From: an uncultured Bacilli bacterium
GTDB lineage: Bacteria > Bacillota_I > Bacilli_A > RF39 > UBA660
Assembly: GCA_934101225.1 (NCBI GenBank)
Contig: CAKOQK010000002.1
Location: forward strand, 40,633-104,632
Reading direction: 5' to 3'
Length of the DNA stretch: 64,000 nucleotides
Within the stretch, counting starts at the first letter, position 1. Every line of letters starts with the position of its first letter. Positions 1 to 9,381 of the stretch are shown here, piece by piece. The notes beneath the pieces are model-generated. The model had not been told where the DNA came from and searched no databases. It was given only the letters and a program-made list of their open reading frames with translations. The position numbers were made by a program, and so were the translations under genes.

Positions 1-221
1 AATGCAAAAATAATAATTGGCTGCAAAAAAATAGCAATTATTGGACTATGTCATCTAGTTCTTCTGATAATAGAATGGTTTTTCATGAATATTTAAAAGG
101 AGATATCAATAGTAGTTGGGCAAATACGAATTTAGCAACTTTTCCATCACTTTATCTAACAAGAGGTGCAAAAATTATTAATGGTGCAGGTACAAGTAAT
201 AATCCATATAAACTAGGGTAA
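1..221 (+). CDS. C-terminal end of an ORF cut by the window edge (72 codons, ...NYWTMSSSSSDNRMVFHEYLKGDINSSWANTNLATFPSLYLTRGAKIINGAGTSNNPYKLG*)
   Basis: Frame 3 is open from position 3 to TAA at 219-221. It is absent from the ORF track because no start codon lies in the window. Family not recognised with certainty. Confidence 0.4.
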   Translation, partial: CKNNNWLQKNSNYWTMSSSSSDNRMVFHEYLKGDINSSWANTNLATFPSLYLTRGAKIINGAGTSNNPYKLG

Positions 222-293
222 TTTTAAATTAAATGGCTCTAGTTTTTTTCTATTCTTTATTATAAAATAAACATGTAGTAGGGAAGTGTAATT

Positions 294-1112
294 ATGCCAG
301 AGTTACCAGAAGTTAGAACAGTAGCAAAAGTATTAAAAGAAAAAATAATTGGAAAGAAAATAACAAGTTATCAAATTAGATATCAAAATATAATAGAAAA
401 TGGAAGTTTAAGTTTTGATAATCTAATTAATAAAACAATATTAGATATAACAACTTATGGAAAATATTTAATATTTAAAATAGATAATCTTTATTTAGTG
501 TCACATCTTAGAATGGAAGGAAAATACTATATTAAAAATATTAAAGCTGAAATAAGCAAACATGAGCATATTATATTTATTTTAGATAATAATATTTCTT
601 TAAGGTATCATGATACTAGAAAGTTTGGCCGGATGTTTTTAACTGATGACTTATCTAAGTGTAAGGGATTAAATAAACTAGGACTAGAGCCATTTGATAA
701 AAATATTAATAGTGATTATTTATTATCTAAATTTAATAAAAGTAATTTACCAATAAAAGAACTATTGTTAGATCAAAGTATTATTGCAGGACTTGGAAAT
801 ATTTATGCCAATGAAGTATTATTTTTAAGTAAAATAAATCCCTTTAAAAAAGGAAAAGATATTACTAAAAATGAGTGTGATAATATAATTTCTTCATCTA
901 AAGAAATTTTAACCAATGCGATTATTGATGGTGGAACTACTATTAAAAGTTATACTTCAAGTTTAGGAGTAATAGGACATTATCAAGACAAATTATATGT
1001 TCATAAAAGAGATAATATGAATTGTAAAATATGTAATAGTTTAATATTAAAAGATAAGATTGGCGGAAGAAGTACTTATTATTGTCCTAATTGTCAAAAA
1101 GAAAGTAAGTGA
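294..1112 (+). CDS. mutM: Formamidopyrimidine-DNA glycosylase (Fpg/MutM)
   Basis: N-terminal MPELPEV catalytic motif. C-terminal CxxC...CxxC zinc finger (CKIC...CPNC). Length of 272 aa is typical. Confidence 0.9.
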   Translation: MPELPEVRTVAKVLKEKIIGKKITSYQIRYQNIIENGSLSFDNLINKTILDITTYGKYLIFKIDNLYLVSHLRMEGKYYIKNIKAEISKHEHIIFILDNNISLRYHDTRKFGRMFLTDDLSKCKGLNKLGLEPFDKNINSDYLLSKFNKSNLPIKELLLDQSIIAGLGNIYANEVLFLSKINPFKKGKDITKNECDNIISSSKEILTNAIIDGGTTIKSYTSSLGVIGHYQDKLYVHKRDNMNCKICNSLILKDKIGGRSTYYCPNCQKESK

Positions 1113-1115
1113 TTA

Positions 1116-2669
1116 ATGAAAACTAATTGTCAAAAACTAAAAAATATTTTAGAGACATACACTGATATTTATATTTTTATAATCTTGTTAATATTTCCTT
1201 TTATAGTTAATAAAGATGGATTCTTTCATATTTTAGAATGTAAATGGTATTCATATTTAATTATTGGAATGACATATTTAACTCTAAACTTAGTAACGTT
1301 ATTATATTTTTATATCTTTAAAAAAGTTAATTATTTTAAAAATTATAAATTATCTAAAGTACAATTATTTGCCATTTCATTATTAATTATTAATATTATA
1401 TCTTGCTTATTATCTCCTTATCTAAAAGATTATAATTTACTTATAGGAGTTGGTAGAGGAGAAGGATTAATAATTACTTCCCTTTATATTCTTTCTTTTT
1501 TAAGCATAGCTTTATTTGGCAAATTTAAAAGAAAATATATTTTATATTTTTCGCTTTTATCAATAATTCATAATGGAATATGTGTGCTTCAATATATTGG
1601 CTTTAATCCATTAAATATGTATCAAAATGGGATTGGAACCCATAATGTAAGTTTTATGGGAACAATAGGTAATATTGATTTTATATCAGCACTTTATTGC
1701 ATCTTAATACCAGTATCTATTTCATCATATCTTTTTCTTAAAGATAATAGTAAAAAAGAAAATATTATTCATTTAACATCAATATTTTTATCATTCTTTA
1801 TTTTAGGTATTATAAATGTTCAAAGTGGTAAACTAGCCTTATTAATAATGCTTATGTTAACTTTTCCTTTAATTATCAAAAATAACCAAAGATTAAGTAA
1901 ATTTCTTATCATATTATCATTAATATTGATGGCATACTGCACCAATATCATATTAAATCCCGAGTATCATTACGACATTAATAAACTAGGACTTTATTTT
2001 AAATTTAATTATATTGTTATATTGTATTTAATTGTTATTTTTATATTAATTTATTTATCAAAAGTTTTAAAAAATACTAACTACAATATTTTAAATGATA
2101 AAAAGTTAATTAAATATTATTTTATTGGAATATCTATTTGTGGAATATTTGGAATAATTATTATATATAATATAAATTTTAGTAGTGGGTTTTTATATGA
2201 AATTCATGAATTATTACATTTAAATTTTGATGAAGAATTTGGAACATATAGAATATTCTTATGGAAAAGAACTTTAAAGTTAGTAAAAGATTATCCTTTA
2301 ATAGGAACAGGGCCAGATACCTTTGCATTAAGGTTTATGGCAAAGTATACTGAAGATATTAAAGCAATTGGCCCTTTAACAATTAATGATACAGCAGCCA
2401 ATGTTTATTTAACAACTTTAATAAATTTAGGAGTAATTGGTCTTTCTAATTATTTATTATTAATGTTTTCATTATTAAAAAAAGGATTAAAAGAAATGAA
2501 TAATTATTCTAAAATATTGTTACTTGCTTTTATTTGTTATCTAATTCAAGATTTTTTTAATCTTTCAGTTGTAATAGTAAGTCCAATATTTTGGCTATTA
2601 ATAGGAGTTTTATACATAAGTTTAAATGCTGACAAATTAACTTGTAAAAAAGGAATAAAAACAATATAA
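1116..2669 (+). CDS. O-antigen ligase / Wzy_C family polytopic membrane protein
   Basis: Many hydrophobic segments. The motif GTYRIFLWKRTLKLVKDYPLIGTGPDTF resembles the conserved loop of the WaaL/PglL/WsaB-type family. Confidence 0.65.
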   Translation: MKTNCQKLKNILETYTDIYIFIILLIFPFIVNKDGFFHILECKWYSYLIIGMTYLTLNLVTLLYFYIFKKVNYFKNYKLSKVQLFAISLLIINIISCLLSPYLKDYNLLIGVGRGEGLIITSLYILSFLSIALFGKFKRKYILYFSLLSIIHNGICVLQYIGFNPLNMYQNGIGTHNVSFMGTIGNIDFISALYCILIPVSISSYLFLKDNSKKENIIHLTSIFLSFFILGIINVQSGKLALLIMLMLTFPLIIKNNQRLSKFLIILSLILMAYCTNIILNPEYHYDINKLGLYFKFNYIVILYLIVIFILIYLSKVLKNTNYNILNDKKLIKYYFIGISICGIFGIIIIYNINFSSGFLYEIHELLHLNFDEEFGTYRIFLWKRTLKLVKDYPLIGTGPDTFALRFMAKYTEDIKAIGPLTINDTAANVYLTTLINLGVIGLSNYLLLMFSLLKKGLKEMNNYSKILLLAFICYLIQDFFNLSVVIVSPIFWLLIGVLYISLNADKLTCKKGIKTI

Positions 2670-2697
2670 TTAAATTGTAAAGTAGAGGAGTTTGAAA

Positions 2698-4323
2698 ATG
2701 AAAAAAGATAAAATATTAGAATTAGTTATAGGTGGAATTATTATATTCTCTGTAGGGATATTTATAGGTTATAAATTAAATAGTGGTGCAATAAAAAATA
2801 TTCAAGGCTATCTATTTAATGCTAGCGGATTTGCAACTGATCCAAATGCGACTGATTGTAACGCAACAGATAGTAATGCGACTGACAGTAATGCGACTGA
2901 TAGCAACGCTACTGATTCCAACGCAACAGATAGTAATGCCACTGATTCCAATGCAACTGACAGTAATGCTACAAGTTCAAATGCATCTATAAATGATAAT
3001 ATTTTAATTTTATCTAGTTTTTATTTAAAAACAACTACTGGTAAAACTGGTGAAAAAATATATGTTAATTTACAAACTCAAGGAACAACTAATACTGGTG
3101 CATCTGTATCTTTTAAAAGTACAAAGGGATACACCTTTACAACAAGTATTTATTCAATAAATAATAATCCTTACATTATAATTCCTAACAATATTCTTCC
3201 TGATACTTATAATGTAACAGATTTATTATTAACTGGTTTAAATAGTGATTATACAACATTTACTAAACATTATGGTCAAAATGGTAATTTTAACTATACA
3301 TTCAGTTCAAAATTAATTATCAGTTCTGAAAATAAAACCAATATAAAATTAAATAGCTTCACTTTAAAAACTAATAAAGCCAATATATCAGATAAAGTAT
3401 ATTTCGATATTCAAACAAGTGAAAAACTAACTAATTTAAAATTAGAATTAAAAGGAAGTAACAATACATTTACTGTCTATGCTGCTTCTTTAAATAATAA
3501 TCCATATTTTGAAATTCCTTCTAATAGTACTGAAGGAAAATATATACTAACTTCATTAACTTTAATAAACAATGATAACACCGTAATATATACAAATAAT
3601 GGAAATAATGGAACATTAAAATATGTATTTAATTCTTATTTAGAAATAACTAATAATAGTAATAAAAAACATGTTTATAATAATGAAGATATTGATACAA
3701 CTGTTATATCTAAGTTATATGAAAGTGATAAAAATTCTGAAATAGCTATAAATGCTAATGAAAATAGTTTTATAAGTAGTGAGTTATTTAACATTATAAA
3801 AGGAACTAATAGAACTCTTAAAATAAATAATAATGATAATGAATTAATTTTTAAAGGAAATGATATTAAAGAAGCTAAAACAATTGATGTTAATACTAAA
3901 GTTTATTTAACTGAAGTTAACAATAACATTAATGAAATAGTAAAAAAGGGAATTATAATAGATTTTCCTGATAATGGTTCATTACCTGGAAATGCTTTAG
4001 TTAAGATTAAAAATAATGATGATATTAAAAAGGTTTTAGATAGTAAAGTAAACGTTTATTATTATAATGATAAAACTAATAAATTTAGATTAATAAGTAG
4101 AGGAATAACTTTAACTGAAGATTATTATGAATTTAATATTTCACATACATCTAGTTATGTTTTAACTAATGAAGAAATAGATAAAAAATATTTAGAAACA
4201 AATGAAAATGTAGTAAATTTCCAAAAAAGTAATAAAGTAAATTTACTTCTAATTGGAGCAGGAGTTTTAGTTATAATTGGAACAACTTGTCTAATAATTT
4301 TTATTAAAAGAAAAAATAAATAA
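2698..4323 (+). CDS. Membrane-anchored surface protein with an ATDSN pentapeptide repeat stalk, two internally duplicated ~110-aa domains and a C-terminal TM anchor
   Basis: ATG at 2698 follows GGAGG at 2684-2690; the track starts at TTG 2692. N-terminal hydrophobic segment. Paired domains FYLKTTTGKTGEKIYVNLQT... and FTLKTNKANISDKVYFDIQT.... C-terminal LLLIGAGVLVIIGTTCLIIFIKRKNK. Confidence 0.7.
   Translation: MKKDKILELVIGGIIIFSVGIFIGYKLNSGAIKNIQGYLFNASGFATDPNATDCNATDSNATDSNATDSNATDSNATDSNATDSNATDSNATSSNASINDNILILSSFYLKTTTGKTGEKIYVNLQTQGTTNTGASVSFKSTKGYTFTTSIYSINNNPYIIIPNNILPDTYNVTDLLLTGLNSDYTTFTKHYGQNGNFNYTFSSKLIISSENKTNIKLNSFTLKTNKANISDKVYFDIQTSEKLTNLKLELKGSNNTFTVYAASLNNNPYFEIPSNSTEGKYILTSLTLINNDNTVIYTNNGNNGTLKYVFNSYLEITNNSNKKHVYNNEDIDTTVISKLYESDKNSEIAINANENSFISSELFNIIKGTNRTLKINNNDNELIFKGNDIKEAKTIDVNTKVYLTEVNNNINEIVKKGIIIDFPDNGSLPGNALVKIKNNDDIKKVLDSKVNVYYYNDKTNKFRLISRGITLTEDYYEFNISHTSSYVLTNEEIDKKYLETNENVVNFQKSNKVNLLLIGAGVLVIIGTTCLIIFIKRKNK
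2833..2988 (+). repeat. About ten tandem 15-bp units encoding (A-T-D-S-N)n
   Basis: The units read directly as gcaactgatccaaat / gcgactgattgtaac / gcaacagatagtaat / gcgactgacagtaat / gcgactgatagcaac / gctactgattccaac / gcaacagatagtaat / gccactgattccaat / gcaactgacagtaat / gctacaagttcaaat. Confidence 0.9.
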
Positions 4324-4339
4324 GAACTGTTAAAATAAA

Positions 4340-4939
4340 CTAACAGTTCTTTTCACATATTGAAATAACATAGTTATCATATATAAAAGAATAACATTTA
4401 ACATTTATATCACTACAATAAATATGATTGTTACTAATTGTAAATTCAACATTTTTAATATCAAATATACTTTTTCCCATCATTTTAATATAAGCTTCTT
4501 TTAAAGTATAAATTTCAAATAATCGTTTAAATAGATTATTATCTTCTAATAAAATATATTCTTTTTCTTTATTACTAGCAAAATAATTAATAGATTTAAT
4601 ATTAGTTTCTCTAATTTTTTCAATATCAATACCTATTTCTTTATCAGAAACAACAGTTATAACATAATTAGAAGAATGACTTATATTATAGAATATATTT
4701 TTGCTAACAATAAAAGGTTTATTATTTTTATTAAATTTGAATTCTAAGTTATTATAGTTAAGATTATAATATTTATTTAATAAGTTACTTAAAAGAATTT
4801 CCCCAATAATTGATTGTTTTACTTTAAGTTCATTCTTAAAATTATTAATTCTTTTTTTCTTTTCAATATAAATATTATTATAAAAATTATTAATCTCATT
4901 ATCACTATAATCATTAATATTTTTAATTATATACTTCAT
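4340..4939 (-). CDS. 4'-phosphopantetheinyl transferase, Sfp type
   Basis: GIDIEKI and LKEAYIK(M)G motifs, about 200 aa, divergent from a carrier-protein operon. Confidence 0.7.
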   Translation of the reverse strand: MKYIIKNINDYSDNEINNFYNNIYIEKKKRINNFKNELKVKQSIIGEILLSNLLNKYYNLNYNNLEFKFNKNNKPFIVSKNIFYNISHSSNYVITVVSDKEIGIDIEKIRETNIKSINYFASNKEKEYILLEDNNLFKRLFEIYTLKEAYIKMMGKSIFDIKNVEFTISNNHIYCSDINVKCYSFIYDNYVISICEKNC

Positions 4940-5020
4940 AAATATTCACCATAATCACCTATATAATATCATTTTTAATATTAATTTGTTATAATTAATT
5001 TGAAATTTGAGTAGGAGTAT

Positions 5021-5854
5021 ATGATTATGACTAGAAAATTATTTTGCGATATAAGTCCAACATGCTATAAAATATCAGTTCAAAAAGAAATTTTATTAAG
5101 AAAAACAAAAGATTTATTAAGTAAAGAAAAGATAGCAAAAACAAAAAATAAAGAACCATTACCCAATATTGTTAAAAGTCATACTTCGATATTGATAAGA
5201 AAATTACATGGAGTAGATATTAAACTTCAAGAAAATAAAGTAACAAATATTAGCCTAGCATGTAATCAAATAAATGGAATAATTATTCATCCAGGAGAAA
5301 CTTTTTCATATTGGCAAATGGTGGGAAAACCAACTAAAGAAAAAGGATATAAAGAAGGATTAGTTATTGGAAGAGATGGGTTTTATGCTGGTACTGGTGG
5401 CGGATTATGTCAAATGGCTAACATGATTCATTATTTAGTTTTAAATAGTCCTTTAGAGGTAACTGAACTTCATCATCATTCAGATGCTTTATTTCCTGAT
5501 GACCGAAGAAGAGTACCTTTTGGTACCGGAACCAGTGTTTGTTATAATAATTTAGACTATCGTTTTAAAAATAATACTGATCAAGATATTCAAATTCTTG
5601 TATGGATAGATGGTGGCGAACTTTGCGGTGAACTTAGAAGTAAAAAGGCATTCCCTTGTCGATATAAATTAGTTGAAGAAGATCATCATTTTAAAAAAGA
5701 AAAAAATAAATATTTTAGAATATCAAAAGTTTATCGTATTGTAATTGATAGATTAACAAATGAAGAGTTATATAAAGAATTAATTTTAGATAATCATTCA
5801 GAAGTAATGTATGATTATGATTTAATTCCTAAAGATGAAATAAGAAGTGAATAA
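5021..5854 (+). CDS. VanW-domain protein (no signal peptide or TM evident)
   Basis: Core motif GTGGGLCQMANMIHY and a surrounding pattern typical of the VanW family. Confidence 0.65.
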   Translation: MIMTRKLFCDISPTCYKISVQKEILLRKTKDLLSKEKIAKTKNKEPLPNIVKSHTSILIRKLHGVDIKLQENKVTNISLACNQINGIIIHPGETFSYWQMVGKPTKEKGYKEGLVIGRDGFYAGTGGGLCQMANMIHYLVLNSPLEVTELHHHSDALFPDDRRRVPFGTGTSVCYNNLDYRFKNNTDQDIQILVWIDGGELCGELRSKKAFPCRYKLVEEDHHFKKEKNKYFRISKVYRIVIDRLTNEELYKELILDNHSEVMYDYDLIPKDEIRSE

Positions 5855-5856
5855 AT

Positions 5857-7257
5857 GTGATAATAGATAAAATTAAAGAAATAGTAAAGTTGTATCCTGA
5901 TAGAGTAGCTTATACTGTTGATAATGAAAGTATAACTTATGAAAATTTATGGAATAACGCTACTAAATATTCAAAATTCTTAAAAAATGAAGAAACATCT
6001 CCAATTATTATTTATGGTAACAAAGAAATTAATATGATCATTTCAATTTTATCTTGTTTACTTGCTAAAAGAGCTTATATTCCTATTGGAACATGCATGC
6101 CAACATCAAGAATAAATTCTATTATAAAAATGACTAATGCAAGTTTAATTTTAACTGATTATGAAATTAACATTCCTAATATTAAGATATCAAAAATAAC
6201 AGATTTAAGTAGTGCTCCTATTAAAGAAGAAGATAATTTAAATAATACTTCTTATATTATTTTTACATCAGGAAGTACCGGAGAGCCAAAAGGAGTTCCA
6301 ATATCCTATAATAATTTAGATAATTTTGTTAATTGGATTAGTAATATTTATCCATTATCCGATTATCATAATATAAATGTATTAAATACTGCTAGTTTTA
6401 GTTTTGATTTAAGTGTTGCTGACTTATATTATTCATTATGTAATGGTCATACGTTATTTGCTACTAATAATAATTGCTCATGTAGCTACTTTAATATTTT
6501 TGATACTTTAAAAGATATAAACCTAATTGTTTGCACTCCAACATATATCAAATTATGTTTATTAGATTCTAGCTTTAATAGTCAAAATTATCCTAATTTA
6601 AAATGTATTTATTTTTGTGGAGAACAATTAGAAATTAATTTAGTTAAAAAATTATATTCATTATTTCCAAATATCGATATTATTAATGCTTATGGACCAA
6701 CCGAAGCAACATCAGCAGTATCAGCCATAAGAGTTGTTAGAGAAATGGTAAATGAAGATATTTTGCCAGTTGGTGATATAATTAATTTAGCTGTAAATAT
6801 CGAAATAATAAATAATGAAATAGTGTTAAAAGGTAAAAGTGTATTTGATGGTTATTTAAATATTACCACTGATAATGTTTATAAAGAAAATGGAATAAAT
6901 TGTTATAAAACAGGCGATTTAGGTTACATAAGAAATAATATGTTATATATTACCGGAAGAAAAGATAATCAAATAAAGTATAAAGGATATCGTATTGAAC
7001 TTCATGATATTGAAAATAATATTTTACAAATAAAAGACGTAATAGATTGTGCTGTAATTGCTAAATATGATGAAAATAATATTGTTAAAACTCTAAAAGC
7101 ATTTGTAGTAAGTAAAAATAAAGATTCAAATTATATAAAAGAAAAATTAAAAACAATGTTACCTAATTATATGATACCTAAAAGTATTGTTATTTTAGAT
7201 AAATTACCAGTTAATTTAAATGGTAAAATAGATAGAAAGGCTTTAAGTAAATTATGA
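5857..7257 (+). CDS. Stand-alone adenylation enzyme, DltA-like (D-alanine--carrier protein ligase family)
   Basis: GTG start. AMP-binding motifs IFTSGSTGEPKGV, AYGPTEAT, YKTGDLG and NGKIDRKAL. Collinear with my recollection of B. subtilis DltA (FSFDLSV, CTPT/STPS). Confidence 0.8.
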   Translation: MIIDKIKEIVKLYPDRVAYTVDNESITYENLWNNATKYSKFLKNEETSPIIIYGNKEINMIISILSCLLAKRAYIPIGTCMPTSRINSIIKMTNASLILTDYEINIPNIKISKITDLSSAPIKEEDNLNNTSYIIFTSGSTGEPKGVPISYNNLDNFVNWISNIYPLSDYHNINVLNTASFSFDLSVADLYYSLCNGHTLFATNNNCSCSYFNIFDTLKDINLIVCTPTYIKLCLLDSSFNSQNYPNLKCIYFCGEQLEINLVKKLYSLFPNIDIINAYGPTEATSAVSAIRVVREMVNEDILPVGDIINLAVNIEIINNEIVLKGKSVFDGYLNITTDNVYKENGINCYKTGDLGYIRNNMLYITGRKDNQIKYKGYRIELHDIENNILQIKDVIDCAVIAKYDENNIVKTLKAFVVSKNKDSNYIKEKLKTMLPNYMIPKSIVILDKLPVNLNGKIDRKALSKL

Positions 7258-7499
7258 AAAATAAAATAGATTTATATAAAATACTATATGAAATATGTGA
7301 AGATAAATTAGTTTATGAAAAAGATATTAATTTAATTGAAAGTGGTTTACTAGATTCATATGCTTTTATTTTATTATTTTCTACCTTAGAAGATTATGGT
7401 GTTTTTTTAGAGCCTACTAGAATAGATAGATCCAAATTAGCAACAGTTTCAGGAATTCAAGAATTAATAGATGATTACCTAAATAAAAATATATCCTAA
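7254..7499 (+). CDS. Small acyl/peptidyl carrier protein, DltC-like
   Basis: 81 aa with the LLDS motif (phosphopantetheine Ser). ATGA start/stop overlap with the upstream adenylation gene. Confidence 0.7.
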   Translation: MKNKIDLYKILYEICEDKLVYEKDINLIESGLLDSYAFILLFSTLEDYGVFLEPTRIDRSKLATVSGIQELIDDYLNKNIS

Positions 7500-7500
7500 A

Positions 7501-8217
7501 TTAAGATATATTTTTTTTAATGCTAGATAATTTTTTAATTTTAATATAAGTAATATAATAAGTAACAAGATTATAAAAGATAAAGAACATAAATATAAAA
7601 TCATTCTTACTTACCAATAATAAATCATAAACTAAGTGAAAATATACTGGAATAACTAAACTTAATACTTTATATTTTTTGGCTCTTTTTATATCATTAT
7701 TTATTAAATAATATTTTGCAAGTCCAAGATAATATCCCATATTAGCACTATAAACAATATGACTAGGTACTGATATTAAACTTCTAACAATCATCGTTCT
7801 TATTTCATAATTATTAAATGAATGAACATATATAATATTTTCCAAGAATGCAAATCCCATTGACAAGAATACACAATAAACAATTGCATCAAATATATAA
7901 TTAAAATTTTTATTTTTCCAACTTATTAAATAAACAAATAACCATTTGATTAATTCTTCTACTAAAACAATTCCAAATAAAACTTTGATAATAATTTGAA
8001 TTAAATTTAAATCACCATAAGATAAATTTATAAAGTTAATATTACTTTTTAAAATCATAGAGATTATAACCGTTAAACAAGAAGAAATAATCCCACAAAT
8101 AAATAGAATAATTAACAAACTAAAAGGTTCTTTTTCAATCTTATCTTCTTTATAAAAATATATTAAAAAGAATAAACAAGGTAAAAAACAAATAGTTAAT
8201 AAAATAATATTATTCAT
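7501..8217 (-). CDS. prsW: PrsW-family intramembrane metalloprotease
   Basis: Polytopic. Motifs VEELIKW, FAFLENIIY and PSHIVYS match the PrsW signature pattern. Confidence 0.65.
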   Translation of the reverse strand: MNNIILLTICFLPCLFFLIYFYKEDKIEKEPFSLLIILFICGIISSCLTVIISMILKSNINFINLSYGDLNLIQIIIKVLFGIVLVEELIKWLFVYLISWKNKNFNYIFDAIVYCVFLSMGFAFLENIIYVHSFNNYEIRTMIVRSLISVPSHIVYSANMGYYLGLAKYYLINNDIKRAKKYKVLSLVIPVYFHLVYDLLLVSKNDFIFMFFIFYNLVTYYITYIKIKKLSSIKKNIS

Positions 8218-8316
8218 AATCTAATTACCTTTCTATAATAATTATAACATTAGAATCCATTCTTAAGAAAGTATGTTTATGTATTTTTCTTTTTAAATAA
8301 TCATAAAATCTAATAT

Positions 8317-9381
8317 ATGAAAAGAATAGTAATAATTTTAATATTAATAATTTTTCCTTTAAAAGTAGGTGCTATAAGTGCATCTTCTTATATAGTTATG
8401 GATACTGATAATAATAGGGTATTAGAAGGAAATAATATTAATAAAGAATCTTTAATTGCTTCTATAACTAAAATATTAACCAGCATGGTTGTAATAAATA
8501 ATATTGATTTAGATAAAAAAATAACTATAAGTGACAATGTTCTTAAATCTTATGGAAGTGGAATTTATGTGTCTGTTGGTGAAGAAATAACAATTAGAGA
8601 ACTTCTTTATGGTTTAATGCTAAGAAGTGGAAATGATGCTGCTATAGAACTAGCTTATCAAGTAGCATCTTCAACAGAAAATTTTGCTTATTTAATGAAT
8701 TTACTTGCTAAAAATATTGGAATGAAACATAGTAATTTTGTTAACAGCAGTGGATTAGAAGAAAAAGATAGCGCTAATACATCAACAGTTTATGATATGG
8801 CTCTATTATCAAGTTATGCTATAAAAAATCCAGAATATCAAAAAATAGTTAGCACTAAAGATATAACAGTTAAAACTAATTTAAAATCATATATTTGGCA
8901 TAATAAGAACAAATTACTTACAAGTTATAAATATTGTACAGGTGGCAAAACGGGATATACTAAAAAGGCTAAAAGAACTTTAGTAACCAATGCCTCTAAA
9001 AATAATGTTAATTTAACAGTAGTAACATTTAATGATGGAAATGACTTTAATGATCATAAAGATTTATATGAAAAATATTTTAATACTTTAAAAAATTATA
9101 AGATAGTATCTAAAGGTAGAATAAAGACTGATTATAACAATACTTTTATTGATAGAGATTTTTATATGTCTTTAAGTAAAGATGAATATAGTAAGATTAA
9201 AACTACTATAAATTATTATGATAATAATGCTACAAATATAGTTGGAGCCTTAACAGTTAGTTTAAATGGTAAAGAATACTTTAAAGAAAATATTTATATT
9301 AAAGAGCCTAAAAAAGAAAAAGAATTAAAGTGGTATCAAAAATTAATAAAGATGTTATTTAAAAAGGAATATTATGATTAA
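8317..9381 (+). CDS. dacB: D-alanyl-D-alanine carboxypeptidase (S11), sporulation DacB-like
   Basis: Signal peptide. SITK (SxxK), SGN and KTG motifs. Immediately followed by spmA and spmB, as in Bacillus. Confidence 0.85.
   Translation: MKRIVIILILIIFPLKVGAISASSYIVMDTDNNRVLEGNNINKESLIASITKILTSMVVINNIDLDKKITISDNVLKSYGSGIYVSVGEEITIRELLYGLMLRSGNDAAIELAYQVASSTENFAYLMNLLAKNIGMKHSNFVNSSGLEEKDSANTSTVYDMALLSSYAIKNPEYQKIVSTKDITVKTNLKSYIWHNKNKLLTSYKYCTGGKTGYTKKAKRTLVTNASKNNVNLTVVTFNDGNDFNDHKDLYEKYFNTLKNYKIVSKGRIKTDYNNTFIDRDFYMSLSKDEYSKIKTTINYYDNNATNIVGALTVSLNGKEYFKENIYIKEPKKEKELKWYQKLIKMLFKKEYYD

Noticed and set aside
2833-2988. The tandem 15-bp repeats as a CRISPR-like or non-coding array
   Set aside because: The units are contiguous without spacers, in frame, and inside a long ORF. 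This is a coding pentapeptide repeat.
2833-2988. PglB-type N-glycosylation of the D-S-N-A-T sequons
   Set aside because: No STT3/PglB-like gene is present in the window, and such systems are not expected in this phylum. I kept only the O-glycosylation idea, which rests on the adjacent Wzy_C-family gene.
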